A DNA stretch of 64,000 nucleotides from an uncultured Bacilli bacterium (lineage in GTDB: Bacteria > Bacillota_I > Bacilli_A > RF39 > UBA660). The stretch is from assembly GCA_910588195.1 (NCBI GenBank), contig CAJUPN010000003.1, positions 42,842-106,841 on the forward strand, read 5' to 3'. The position numbers and the translations under genes were made by a program. The notes beneath the pieces are model-generated. The model saw nothing but the letters and a program-made list of their open reading frames with translations, ran no database searches and was not told the origin of the DNA. Shown here one piece after another: positions 41,526 through 51,147 of this stretch (position 1 is the first letter of the stretch; every line of letters starts with the position of its first letter).

Positions 41526-43988
41526 ATGAATGGAAATGTTGTAAGACGTAATATAGTAGATGAAATAAAAGATTCTTTTCTAGAATATTCAATGAGTGTA
41601 ATTGTTGCAAGAGCTTTACCTGACCTTAGAGATGGTTTAAAACCTGTTCACAGAAGAATTCTATATTCTATGTATGAGAATGGCTATACCCCTGATAAAC
41701 CTTTTAGAAAATGTGCTAAAACGGTTGGAGAGGTTATGGGTAATTATCATCCTCATGGAGACACATCAATTTATGATGCAATGGTTCGTATGGCTCAACC
41801 TTTTTCAATTAGAAATGTTTTAGTTGATGGACATGGTAATTTTGGTTCTATGGATGGTGATGGTGCAGCAGCAATGCGTTATACAGAAGCTAGACTTTCA
41901 AGACTATCGTTAGAAATATTAAGAGATATAAGGAAAGATACAGTTGATTTTGTACCAAATTTCGATGATACAACTACTGAGCCAACTGTTCTTCCTTGTC
42001 GTTTCCCTAATATTTTAGTTAATGGTACTGTTGGTATAGCAGTTGGTATGGCTACTAACATTCCTCCTCATAATTTAGGAGAAACAATTGATGGCTGTAT
42101 TGCTTATATTGATAATCATGATATTACTACTGAAGAATTAATGGAATATGTTAAAGGACCGGATTTTCCAACTGGTGCTGTAATTTTAGGTAATTCGGGA
42201 ATCAGAAGAGCATACGAGACTGGAAAAGGAACAATAACAATCCGTGGTAAAGTGGCGATTGAAGAACATAATGGACATCAATTAATAGTAATTACAGAAT
42301 TACCATATCAAGTTAATAAGAAGTTGTTTCAACAGAGAATTGCTGAACTTGTTCGTGATAAAATGCTTGATGGAATAGCAGATTTACACGAAGAAACAAA
42401 CTTAGAAAATGGTGTTAAGATAGTAATTACTCTTAAGAAAGAGGCAAATGCTAATGTAGTTTTAAACAATTTATATAAACAAACATCATTACAAACAAAT
42501 TTTAGTATAAATTTATTAATGTTAGATCAACAAAAGCCTAGAACAATGGGACTTAAAGAGATTATTTCTAAATATATTGAATATCAAAAAGAAATAATTA
42601 TTAGACGTACTAAATATGACCTAGGTAAAGCAGAAGAAAGAGTGCATATTTTAAATGGATATAAAATAGCTCTTGAAAATATTGATGATGTAGTTCAAAT
42701 TATTAAGAATTCTAAAAGTGATGATCAAGCTAAACAAACTTTAATGGATAGATTTGGTCTTACTGATATTCAAACTGAAGCAATCTTAGAAATGCGTTTA
42801 AGAAGATTAACTGGTTTAGAAAAAGATAAAATATTAGCAGAACTTGAAGAATTATTAAGAAAAATTGAGGAATATAAAGCAATTTTAGCTGATGACCAAT
42901 TAGTTTTAAATATTATAAAAGAAGAGTTAACTGAAATTAAGGATAAGTTTGCTGATGAAAGACGTACTTATATCGATATGACAGCTATTGACTTTATTGA
43001 TGATGAGTCTTTAATACCAGAAGAAGATATTATTATTAGTATAACTGATAAAGGATATATTAAAAGATGTGTTTCAGGAACATTTAAATCACAACATCGT
43101 GGTGGTGTTGGAGTTAAAGGAATGTCTACAAATGAAGAGGACTTCGTTAAACATTTGATTAATTGTTCTACGCACGACTATGTAAGTTTCTTTACCAATA
43201 AGGGTAAAGTTTATAGAATTAAAGGATACGAAATTCCTGAGTATTCTAGACAAGCTAAAGGTTTACCAGTAATTAATTTACTTCAAATTGATAAAGATGA
43301 GAAAATTAATTCTATAGTTTCTTATAGCAAGGAATCATCTTCTAAATATTTAACATTTGCAACAAAAAATGGAATTGTAAAACGAACTTTAGTTGATGAA
43401 TTTGAAAATATTCGTGCTAGCGGGAAAATAGCTATTAGTTTAAGAGAAAATGATGAGCTTTTAGATGTTAAATTAACTGATGGAGAATCAAAGATTATTT
43501 TAGCTAGTACATCTGGACGTATGGTAGTATTTGATGAAAATGAAATAAGACCAATGGGAAGAACAGCATCAGGTGTAAGAGGAATTAACTTAGAAGATAC
43601 TGCTAGTTGTACTGGTATGGAAGTTGGAAAATTAGAAGATAATATTCTAGTTGTAACAAAACATGGATATGGAAAGAAAACATTTGTTAGTGAATACAGA
43701 ATGACTAAGAGAGGAAGTAAAGGAGTTAAGGCTTTAAGTATAACCGATAAGAATGGTCCTTTAGTTGCTCACAAAGTAGTTAACAATGAGTCTGATTTAA
43801 TGATTATAACTGAATCTGGAATGTTAATACGTCTTCCAATTGATCAAATATCTCAATTGGGACGTGTTACTCAAGGAGTTAAGCTTATAAATTTAAAAGA
43901 AAATCAATATGTATCAACAATTAGTGTGGTTGATAGAGTTGAAGAAAATGAAGAAACGGAAGAATTAAACGAAGAAACTGTTAATTAA
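41526..43988 (+). CDS. gyrA: DNA gyrase subunit A
   Basis: DGLKPVHRR, active-site [10 protein letters not shown] and C-terminal beta-pinwheel repeats. Confidence 0.97.
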   Translation: MNGNVVRRNIVDEIKDSFLEYSMSVIVARALPDLRDGLKPVHRRILYSMYENGYTPDKPFRKCAKTVGEVMGNYHPHGDTSIYDAMVRMAQPFSIRNVLVDGHGNFGSMDGDGAAAMRYTEARLSRLSLEILRDIRKDTVDFVPNFDDTTTEPTVLPCRFPNILVNGTVGIAVGMATNIPPHNLGETIDGCIAYIDNHDITTEELMEYVKGPDFPTGAVILGNSGIRRAYETGKGTITIRGKVAIEEHNGHQLIVITELPYQVNKKLFQQRIAELVRDKMLDGIADLHEETNLENGVKIVITLKKEANANVVLNNLYKQTSLQTNFSINLLMLDQQKPRTMGLKEIISKYIEYQKEIIIRRTKYDLGKAEERVHILNGYKIALENIDDVVQIIKNSKSDDQAKQTLMDRFGLTDIQTEAILEMRLRRLTGLEKDKILAELEELLRKIEEYKAILADDQLVLNIIKEELTEIKDKFADERRTYIDMTAIDFIDDESLIPEEDIIISITDKGYIKRCVSGTFKSQHRGGVGVKGMSTNEEDFVKHLINCSTHDYVSFFTNKGKVYRIKGYEIPEYSRQAKGLPVINLLQIDKDEKINSIVSYSKESSSKYLTFATKNGIVKRTLVDEFENIRASGKIAISLRENDELLDVKLTDGESKIILASTSGRMVVFDENEIRPMGRTASGVRGINLEDTASCTGMEVGKLEDNILVVTKHGYGKKTFVSEYRMTKRGSKGVKALSITDKNGPLVAHKVVNNESDLMIITESGMLIRLPIDQISQLGRVTQGVKLINLKENQYVSTISVVDRVEENEETEELNEETVN

Positions 43989-44087
43989 CAGTTTCTTTAA
44001 CCACTCATCTTTTTAACAAAATGTTAATAAGATGAGTGGTTTATTTATTTTAATTTTTATAAAAAAATCAATAAGATAAATTTTTAT

Positions 44088-44763
44088 AGTTTCACGTGAA
44101 ACATTACTCTAATGCAAATTTGAATATTTGTTATTTTTTTCTGTATTAATACTAATTTTAAATGTTCCACGTGAAACATAATACTTAATCAGAACAAAGA
44201 CTTAAATTTTATAAATAAGATATAGTTAACTTTTTTATTAAAATATTTGTTTTATTACTTTTTAAATCAAATATATGTTTCACGTGAAACATGTATTTGA
44301 TAAGATACTATATTTTTTAAGAAAACAACTTAATTTTTAATGTTTCACGTGAAACATTAAAAAAATCTTGGTTTAATACTTAAAATATTAATTTTTGCTA
44401 TATTTTTTATACATACAACTAAACTTGAATATTTTTTATCAGCTATATTCCAACTAGAATATAACTAACCTTAATAATAAAGACATCTTTTTGTTTTATG
44501 ATGTTTCACGTGAAACATACATATATAGTATTTTTTTGTATCAAAATATTAATTTATATATATTTTTCTTTAATATGTGCACAATTATCTCTACCATTTT
44601 TGTTTTTTTTGTTAACTATGTTCCACGTGAAACATCAAAACTAAATAAAAAAAGATATAATTAAAATTTATATTTTATATATTTGAATGTTCCACGTGAA
44701 ACATCTAACAATATAATTATTGTACAATTCTTTACTTTTTATAATAATGTTTCACGTGAAACA
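44088..44763. repeat. Array of eight parS (ParB/Spo0J centromere) sites in non-coding DNA
   Basis: 16-mers at 44088 (AGTTTCACGTGAAACA); 44163, 44619 and 44688 (TGTTCCACGTGAAACA); 44276, 44341, 44502 and 44748 (TGTTTCACGTGAAACA). Seven of the eight are flanked A...T, giving an 18-bp unit. Spacings are 75, 113, 65, 161, 117, 69 and 60 bp. Confidence 0.85.
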
Positions 44764-44954
44764 TTATTATTGTGGAATATACAAAAAAAGCATATCTGTT
44801 TAACTTTTTTGACAGTTTTTTCTTTTTTGAGTAGTTTTATCATGATTTATATAACAAATTTTAATAAATTGTAGTATTTTATGAGAAAAAAATAAGATAT
44901 TTAAAATTTGTAAGAAATTATAGTATGTCTTTAACAAAAAATGTGTTATAATTA

Positions 44955-45031
44955 GCTTGCACAACAAATATGCTATAAACTGGTCAGGATCGGAAGATAG
45001 CAGCCACATTAGTCTCTATTTGTGTGTGCTT
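44955..45031 (+). ncRNA. ffs: Small (4.5S-type) SRP RNA
   Basis: Conserved domain IV core GGUCAGGAUCGGAAGAUAGCAGCC, closing helix gcacaacaaata / tatttgtgtgtgc and a T-run. TGTTATAAT -10 upstream. Same position (before tadA-dnaX) as scr in Bacillus. Confidence 0.75.
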
Positions 45032-45052
45032 TTTTTATGAGGTGAAATAAAA

Positions 45053-45478
45053 ATGGATGAATATGTATTTAAAATACTTGAATTAGCAGATAAAGCATAT
45101 AAAAAAAATGAGGTTCCAGTCGGAGCAATTGTAGTTTTCAACAATAAAATTGTTTCACAAGCTTATAATAAAAGAACTAAATATAGTGATATAACAAATC
45201 ATGCTGAAATTATGGCGATAAGAAAAGCAGCTAAGAAACTTGGCGATTGGAGATTGGATAAATGCGATTTGTATGTGACTTTAGAGCCTTGTAACATGTG
45301 CAAAGAAGTTATTAAACAATCACGCTTAAGAAATGTATATTATCTTATAGAAAAATTGGATTATAAAAAAGATTATAATAAAACTGTGTTTGAAAAGATT
45401 GCAGAAAAAGAAAGTTATCAACAATTAAAATACAAAGAAAAGTTATCTTCTTTTTTTAAATATAAATGCAAAAGATAA
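45053..45478 (+). CDS. tadA: tRNA-specific adenosine deaminase TadA
   Basis: HAEIMAI and PCNMC zinc motifs. Confidence 0.9.
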   Translation: MDEYVFKILELADKAYKKNEVPVGAIVVFNNKIVSQAYNKRTKYSDITNHAEIMAIRKAAKKLGDWRLDKCDLYVTLEPCNMCKEVIKQSRLRNVYYLIEKLDYKKDYNKTVFEKIAEKESYQQLKYKEKLSSFFKYKCKR

Positions 45479-45514
45479 CTAAATTTATGTTATAATTTAG
45501 TTAGGTGATATAAA

Positions 45515-47101
45515 ATGGATTACAAAGTTTTATACAGAAAATATCGACCAACGAACTTTGACGAATTAGTTGGACAGGAACATGTAAAAAAAATATTAAA
45601 AAATTCAGTTATTAACAATAAAATTGCTCATGCTTATATGTTTACTGGACCAAGAGGAACAGGAAAAACAAGTACAGCTAAAATTTTTGCTAGAACACTT
45701 AATTGTCTTGAACCAAAGGAAGGACTTCCTTGTGGGACTTGTGAAAATTGTGTTAATTTTAATACTTCTCCTGATGTTTTGGAGATGGATGCTGCTAGTA
45801 ATAACAGTGTAGATGATATTAGAGAAATTGTAGATAATATAGGTATAGCTCCAACAAGTAGTAAATATAAAGTTTATATTATTGATGAAGTACATATGCT
45901 ATCTAATCAGGCTTGGAATGCTTTTTTAAAGACACTTGAAGAACCGCCTTCTAATATTGTCTTTATATTAGCAACAACTGATATTCAAAAAGTGCCCATT
46001 ACAGTACTATCGAGATGTCAAAGGTTTGATTTTCAAAGAATTGATCGCAATTTGATATTTGCCAATTTAAAGAGAATATGTGAGTTAGAAAATATATCTT
46101 ACGAAGAGGAAGCTTTAACGGAAGTTGCTTTTTTAAGTGATGGCTGTTTGAGAGATGCTTTAAGTATACTTGATCAACTCTCTAAGGTTTCTGATAAGGT
46201 AGATATGGAAGTAATTAAATCTAATTTTGGAACAGTTACATCTGCTGAATTAGATGTTCTTTATACTTTTATAATAAAAAATGATTTAGACGGTGTTGTG
46301 AGTATTTTAAGGAGTATAAAAGAAACAGGAATAGATGTAAAAATATTTATAGATAAAATATTAGATAACTTTATTGAGAAAGCTATTAATATGAAAAGAA
46401 AAAATATTTCTTCGTCAGCTTTTAATCAATTAAAAAAGATTATAGAGGTGTTGAATCAATTGTATAGTAAACTTAATTATAGTAGTAATGGTTTTCTTTT
46501 ACTTGAATTGGAGTTAATATCATTTATAAATGATGAAGAAAATCAAATTTCTAACAGAGAAATAAATCAAATTATTTCCCGGGAAATAATTAAAGTTGAC
46601 ACAGAAGTTGACGTTAATAAGATGATTAATACAAACAGTGAACATCAAATATATCGTATGAATGAGGATTTTGTTAATGTTAGGATAAACAATACATTTG
46701 TTAACTGTAATAAGGAATATAAGAAATCTTTTTCAGAATTATGGAATAATTTTATTAAAAATTTAAAGTCTGAGAATGTTATTGATTTTTTAAATATTGT
46801 TAGTAAATCTATTCCTCAAGTTGTAAGTGATTCTTATGCAATATTTTTGACAAAATCTGAGAGTATAAAAATTGTTGGCAATTCTAAGCTTTATGATCTA
46901 GAAAATAGATTTAGTGCTATTACTGGTTCAAGTTATAAGTTTATTTTTATATCTGATGATGACTGGAAAAAATTCATGGAAAGTTATGATAAAACAAAAA
47001 AATATGATATCATTGATGAAACAGAATATATTAATACTGAGAGTAATTCGATTACATTAGCTGAAAATATATTTGGTAATGAAAATTTGAAAATAGATTA
47101 G
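45515..47101 (+). CDS. dnaX: DNA polymerase III subunits gamma/tau
   Basis: GPRGTGKTS, zinc module CGTCENC, DEVHML and SRCQRF. Confidence 0.95.
   Translation: MDYKVLYRKYRPTNFDELVGQEHVKKILKNSVINNKIAHAYMFTGPRGTGKTSTAKIFARTLNCLEPKEGLPCGTCENCVNFNTSPDVLEMDAASNNSVDDIREIVDNIGIAPTSSKYKVYIIDEVHMLSNQAWNAFLKTLEEPPSNIVFILATTDIQKVPITVLSRCQRFDFQRIDRNLIFANLKRICELENISYEEEALTEVAFLSDGCLRDALSILDQLSKVSDKVDMEVIKSNFGTVTSAELDVLYTFIIKNDLDGVVSILRSIKETGIDVKIFIDKILDNFIEKAINMKRKNISSSAFNQLKKIIEVLNQLYSKLNYSSNGFLLLELELISFINDEENQISNREINQIISREIIKVDTEVDVNKMINTNSEHQIYRMNEDFVNVRINNTFVNCNKEYKKSFSELWNNFIKNLKSENVIDFLNIVSKSIPQVVSDSYAIFLTKSESIKIVGNSKLYDLENRFSAITGSSYKFIFISDDDWKKFMESYDKTKKYDIIDETEYINTESNSITLAENIFGNENLKID
46571..46590. 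promoter_or_regulatory. Perfect 20-bp palindrome containing the Noc-binding-site core ATTTCCCGGGAAAT
   Basis: attatttcccgggaaataat lies inside dnaX and encodes I-I-S-R-E-I-I using the TCC and CGG codons. Confidence 0.6.
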
Positions 47102-47112
47102 GAGAGAATATT

Positions 47113-47412
47113 ATGAATATGAATGCTTTGATGCAACAAGCTCAAAAAATGCAAAGAGATATGCAAAAAAAACAAAATGAATTAAATTCTACAGAATTTG
47201 TTGGTGAAAGCCAATTAGTTGAAATAGTGTTAATGGGAAATAAATCATTAAAAAGTATAGAATTTAAAAATATGGAAAGTTTTGACAAAGATGATTTAGA
47301 AATTTTACAAGATATGATTAAAATAGCTCACAATGATGCGTTAGCTAAAATTGAAAAAGAAATCAAATCTAAGATGGGACCATATGCTGATCAATTAGGT
47401 GGTTTATTCTAA
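47113..47412 (+). CDS. ybaB: Nucleoid-associated protein YbaB/EbfC
   Basis: 99 aa with MQQAQKMQRDMQK. Position between dnaX and recR. Confidence 0.9.
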   Translation: MNMNALMQQAQKMQRDMQKKQNELNSTEFVGESQLVEIVLMGNKSLKSIEFKNMESFDKDDLEILQDMIKIAHNDALAKIEKEIKSKMGPYADQLGGLF

Positions 47413-47413
47413 T

Positions 47414-48013
47414 ATGTATCCAGAAGTACTTAATGATGCTATAGCTTCTTTTGAAAAAATTCCTGGTGTAGGTAAAAAAAGTGCTGAGAGATATGCTTTA
47501 TCTATTTTAGATCTTTCTGAGGAAGATATAGATAGTTTTGCTAATAATTTAAAACAATGTAAAAAGAAATTAACTCGCTGTATCATTTGTGGACATTTAA
47601 CAGATAAAGAAGTTTGTCCAATTTGTTCTGATTCTAGTCGAAAAGAGAATTTGATATGTGTTGTTGAAGATTATAAAAGTGTATTTATGTTTGAAAAATC
47701 TGGTTCATTTGAAGGTAAGTATCATGTTCTTAATGGACTTATTTCTCCAATGGATGGTATTTTTCCAGAAGATATTAATATTTCTTCATTATTGGAAAGA
47801 TTAAAAGGCAAGGAAAAGAATTCAGAGGTTATTTTAGCATTAAAACCTTCTATTGAAGGCGAAACTACAACTTTGTATATAAAAAAAATATTTGAAAATA
47901 AGAAAATAAAAGTTTCTCGATTATCTTATGGTATTCCAATGGGAGTAGACATTGACTATCTTGATTCTATTACGTTAGATCGTGCTTTATTAGATAGAAA
48001 AGAGATATCATAA
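47414..48013 (+). CDS. recR: Recombination protein RecR
   Basis: HhH LPGVG-like IPGVGKKSAERYA, a C4 zinc finger and a Toprim domain. ATG at 47414 after AGGTGG. Confidence 0.93.
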   Translation: MYPEVLNDAIASFEKIPGVGKKSAERYALSILDLSEEDIDSFANNLKQCKKKLTRCIICGHLTDKEVCPICSDSSRKENLICVVEDYKSVFMFEKSGSFEGKYHVLNGLISPMDGIFPEDINISSLLERLKGKEKNSEVILALKPSIEGETTTLYIKKIFENKKIKVSRLSYGIPMGVDIDYLDSITLDRALLDRKEIS

Positions 48014-48050
48014 TTTATAATTAAATTAATATAATTTATTGGTGTTAGCT

Positions 48051-48236
48051 ATGTCTTTTGTGAAAAAAGTTTTAAAAAGATTTGTTTTTTCAATAATACT
48101 AGTTTATTCTTTAAATTGTTTATTGATTAAATATGATTTTTTTATTCCAATTAATTATATTAGTGTTCTTATTTATACTTTTCTTGGATCTCCAGGGGTA
48201 TTAATTTATATTTTCTTGATGATTAGATATAGGTGA
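48051..48236 (+). CDS. bofA: BofA-like pro-sigma-K processing inhibitor
   Basis: IPINYISVLIYTFLGSPGVLIYIFL resembles BofA VPINLVTTAISGILGIPG. Position after recR as in Bacillus. Confidence 0.55.
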   Translation: MSFVKKVLKRFVFSIILVYSLNCLLIKYDFFIPINYISVLIYTFLGSPGVLIYIFLMIRYR

Positions 48237-48238
48237 TT

Positions 48239-49096
48239 ATGAAAATAGAAGAAATAAAAGATATGATTATAAGTTCATTTCATGAGAAAAATAATTCTCA
48301 TGCTTTTTTGCTTTCTACAAATAATATTGACAAAGCTTTAAATGATGTACTTGATATTGTTAAAAAAGTTAATTGTTTAGGTGATGGTAATGATTCTTGT
48401 AATGTTTGTACCACTATAGATAGTAGTACTAATCCTGATGTAATTGTTGTTAGAGCAGAGGGCAAAGAGATAAAAAAAGATCAGATATTAAATATTATTT
48501 CTTCTTTTTCAACAAAGCCGTCGATTTCAAAATATTCAACATATATTATTTGTAATGCTGATAAAATGAATGATTTTTCTGCAAATAAGATGCTTAAATT
48601 TTTGGAGGAACCCGAAGGAAATATTGTTGGTTTTTTTATTACTGATAAATTGAATGGTATTATACCAACAATACGAAGTCGATGTGAGATTTATAATTAT
48701 CATTTTGGTAATAATTCTATTTTAGACTTGTTAGATATTAATGAAGAAGAGTATGCTTTAGCATATGATTTAGCTTTAAAATTGACTATTCGTTTAAATG
48801 ATGAGCCTAAATATTCTTTGATGGCTGACAGCAAAACTATTTCTAAAAGGGAAAGAGATGAGATAGATTTATTATTTAAGTTGATAAAAAAGTTTTATGT
48901 GTTAAAATATGAAAATATTCAATTAAATATGTATAATGATTTAGAATATGTTGAAAACATTTTAGATTCTATTACAACAACTGATCTTTCAATTATTGTC
49001 AAAAGAATTAAAATATTAGATAATATCATTAATGAAATGAATATTTATGTTAATCGAGATTTAATTGTTAATAAATTTTTTATATTATGGGAGTAG
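48239..49096 (+). CDS. holB: DNA polymerase III delta-prime subunit
   Basis: AAA+-like fold without an intact P-loop, KMLKFLEEP and SRCEIY. Confidence 0.8.
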   Translation: MKIEEIKDMIISSFHEKNNSHAFLLSTNNIDKALNDVLDIVKKVNCLGDGNDSCNVCTTIDSSTNPDVIVVRAEGKEIKKDQILNIISSFSTKPSISKYSTYIICNADKMNDFSANKMLKFLEEPEGNIVGFFITDKLNGIIPTIRSRCEIYNYHFGNNSILDLLDINEEEYALAYDLALKLTIRLNDEPKYSLMADSKTISKRERDEIDLLFKLIKKFYVLKYENIQLNMYNDLEYVENILDSITTTDLSIIVKRIKILDNIINEMNIYVNRDLIVNKFFILWE

Positions 49097-49103
49097 TGAT
49101 TAT

Positions 49104-49892
49104 ATGGGAAACATCTGTGGAGTAAAATTTAAAGATTCTGGAAAAATATATTATTTTAAAGCTGATGGTTTTGATTTAAAAAAAAATGTAACTGTAGTTG
49201 TAGATACTGAAAAAGGAGAACAATTTGCTAAAGTTGCTGAAACGCACGTTACGATGTTAAAACATTTTGATGTTGATTCGATGAAATCAATAATAAGAAT
49301 ATCTTCCAAAAATGATTATAATAAATATCTTAAAAATTTGAAAGATGCTGCAGAGGCCTTATCTTTTTCTAGAAAGTTGGTAAAGGATAAAAAATTAGAT
49401 ATGCGTCTTTTAGATGCGAGTTTTACTCTTGATAAAAAGCAATTAACAATTAATTTTATTGCAGATTCTAGAATAGATTTTAGAGATTTAGTTAAAGAGA
49501 TTGCTGCAAAATATAAAACGAGAATTGAACTTCATCAATTGGGAGTTAGAGATAAGTCTAGGGAAATTGGAGGATTAGGACAATGTGGACGTGAATTATG
49601 TTGTTCTAAGTTTTTAAATGGTATTGAAACTATTAGTATTAATATGGCTAAAAATCAAAATATTGCATTGAATCCATCAAAAATTAATGGTGCTTGTGGT
49701 AGACTTCTTTGTTGTTTATCTTATGAAGATGAGGTGTATTCTGAACATCGCTCTTATTTACCAAAAATAGGAGATGTTATTAAAACTAAAGATGGATCAG
49801 GAAAAGTTGTATATTTAGATGTTTTAAATAATAAATATACAGTTTTAATAGATGGAGATAGAAAAGAGTATGAGCTTGATCGAGATAAATGA
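49104..49892 (+). CDS. ricT: PSP1-domain protein RicT/YaaT
   Basis: VKFKDSGKIYYF and GQCGRELCCSKFL cysteine cluster. Confidence 0.88.
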   Translation: MGNICGVKFKDSGKIYYFKADGFDLKKNVTVVVDTEKGEQFAKVAETHVTMLKHFDVDSMKSIIRISSKNDYNKYLKNLKDAAEALSFSRKLVKDKKLDMRLLDASFTLDKKQLTINFIADSRIDFRDLVKEIAAKYKTRIELHQLGVRDKSREIGGLGQCGRELCCSKFLNGIETISINMAKNQNIALNPSKINGACGRLLCCLSYEDEVYSEHRSYLPKIGDVIKTKDGSGKVVYLDVLNNKYTVLIDGDRKEYELDRDK

Positions 49893-50577
49893 TTTGTTTG
49901 ATTATGGGTTTTCGATTTGTCAAAACTCTGATTATTTTAAATTTTCAATAGATTCAGTATTATTAGCAGAATTTGTAGAACTTAAAAAAGGAAAGTCAAA
50001 GGTTTTAGATTTATGTTCAGGAAATGCTCCGATACCTCTAATTTTACATAAAAAATATGGAGAAATAGATATAACAGCTATAGAGTTACAAAAGGAAATA
50101 TATGCTTTAGCTATAAAATCTTTAGAAATAAATAAGATAGATTCTATTAAAGTATTAAATGATGATGTTCAAAATGTAAAAAGTATTTTTAAAAATGAAA
50201 AATTTGATGTTGTAACATGTAATCCACCATATTTTAAAGTTAATAACAGTTATATTAATGAAAATCCTATTAAGGCAATTGCTAGACATGAGTTAAGGTT
50301 AAGTTTAGATAGTTTGATTGAAAATGTTTCTAAGATAATTCAAAATCAAGGTTATTTTTATATGGTTCATCATACAACCAGATTGGCTGAGGTTATAGAT
50401 ACTCTTCATAAGTATAACTTTGGTATAAAAAGATTAGTTTTTATCCATGATGATAAAGATACACCAGCTTCTTTATTTTTGGTGGAATCTATGTTTAATG
50501 GTAAAGATTTTGTGAAGGTTTTAGCTCCAGTTATTTTAAAAGAGAATTTAACTTATAAAAATATTTTTAAGAGGTGA
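49870..50577 (+). CDS. SAM-dependent methyltransferase, TrmN6/YabB-like
   Basis: LDLCSGNAP and CNPPYF motifs. Confidence 0.75.
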   Translation: MSLIEINDLFDYGFSICQNSDYFKFSIDSVLLAEFVELKKGKSKVLDLCSGNAPIPLILHKKYGEIDITAIELQKEIYALAIKSLEINKIDSIKVLNDDVQNVKSIFKNEKFDVVTCNPPYFKVNNSYINENPIKAIARHELRLSLDSLIENVSKIIQNQGYFYMVHHTTRLAEVIDTLHKYNFGIKRLVFIHDDKDTPASLFLVESMFNGKDFVKVLAPVILKENLTYKNIFKR

Positions 50578-50582
50578 TATTA

Positions 50583-51128
50583 ATGAAGTTAGTAGTTGGT
50601 TTAGGAAACCCCGGAAATGAGTATAAAAAAACACGTCATAATGTTGGGTTTATGGTGCTAGATTCATATCTTGGTGAAGTTCATTGGAGTAATAAATTTA
50701 AAGGTCTTTATTATGAAAAAAATGTTAATGGAGAGAAATATGTGTTTCTAAAGCCTCAGACTTATATGAATTTGTCTGGAATTTCTGTTTCTTCATTTGT
50801 TAAATTTTATAAATTAACTTTTAAAGATGTGTTGATAATTCACGATGATTTGGATTTACCAGTAGGAAAATTTAGAATCAAAATTAATTCTTCTTCTGGG
50901 GGACATAATGGTATTAAAGATATTATAGCTTCTCTTCACACAGATGCATTTGCTAGAGTAAAAATTGGTATATCTCAGGATACCAACAAAGATACAAAAG
51001 ATTATGTGCTTGGAAATTTTTCTAAAGAGGAGTTAACAAAAATAGAAAATAATTTTAATTCTATATTTGATATTATAGAAAATTTTGATTATGAAGATAT
51101 AACTAATTTAATGAGTAAATATAATTAA
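50583..51128 (+). CDS. pth: Peptidyl-tRNA hydrolase
   Basis: VGLGNPG, TRHNVGF and GGHNG. Confidence 0.95.
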   Translation: MKLVVGLGNPGNEYKKTRHNVGFMVLDSYLGEVHWSNKFKGLYYEKNVNGEKYVFLKPQTYMNLSGISVSSFVKFYKLTFKDVLIIHDDLDLPVGKFRIKINSSSGGHNGIKDIIASLHTDAFARVKIGISQDTNKDTKDYVLGNFSKEELTKIENNFNSIFDIIENFDYEDITNLMSKYN

Positions 51129-51147
51129 TTATTTTGAGGAGAAGAAA

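Noticed and set aside
44088-44763. The regularly recurring 16-18 bp palindromes could be read as a CRISPR array or as MITE/IS termini.
   Set aside because: The repeats are far shorter than CRISPR repeats. Spacings are irregular (60-161 bp) and AT-rich without spacer character. No cas genes or leader are present, and no flanking direct repeats or transposase. The sequence is the known parS consensus.
44683-45009. ORF-track entries 44683..44874 (+) and 44800..45009 (-) in the gyrA-tadA gap.
   Set aside because: They have no RBS and low-complexity Ile/Phe/Asn-rich translations. The first reads straight through two parS palindromes (giving PRET and SRET). The second overlaps the SRP RNA promoter and gene. 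They are best explained as chance ORFs.
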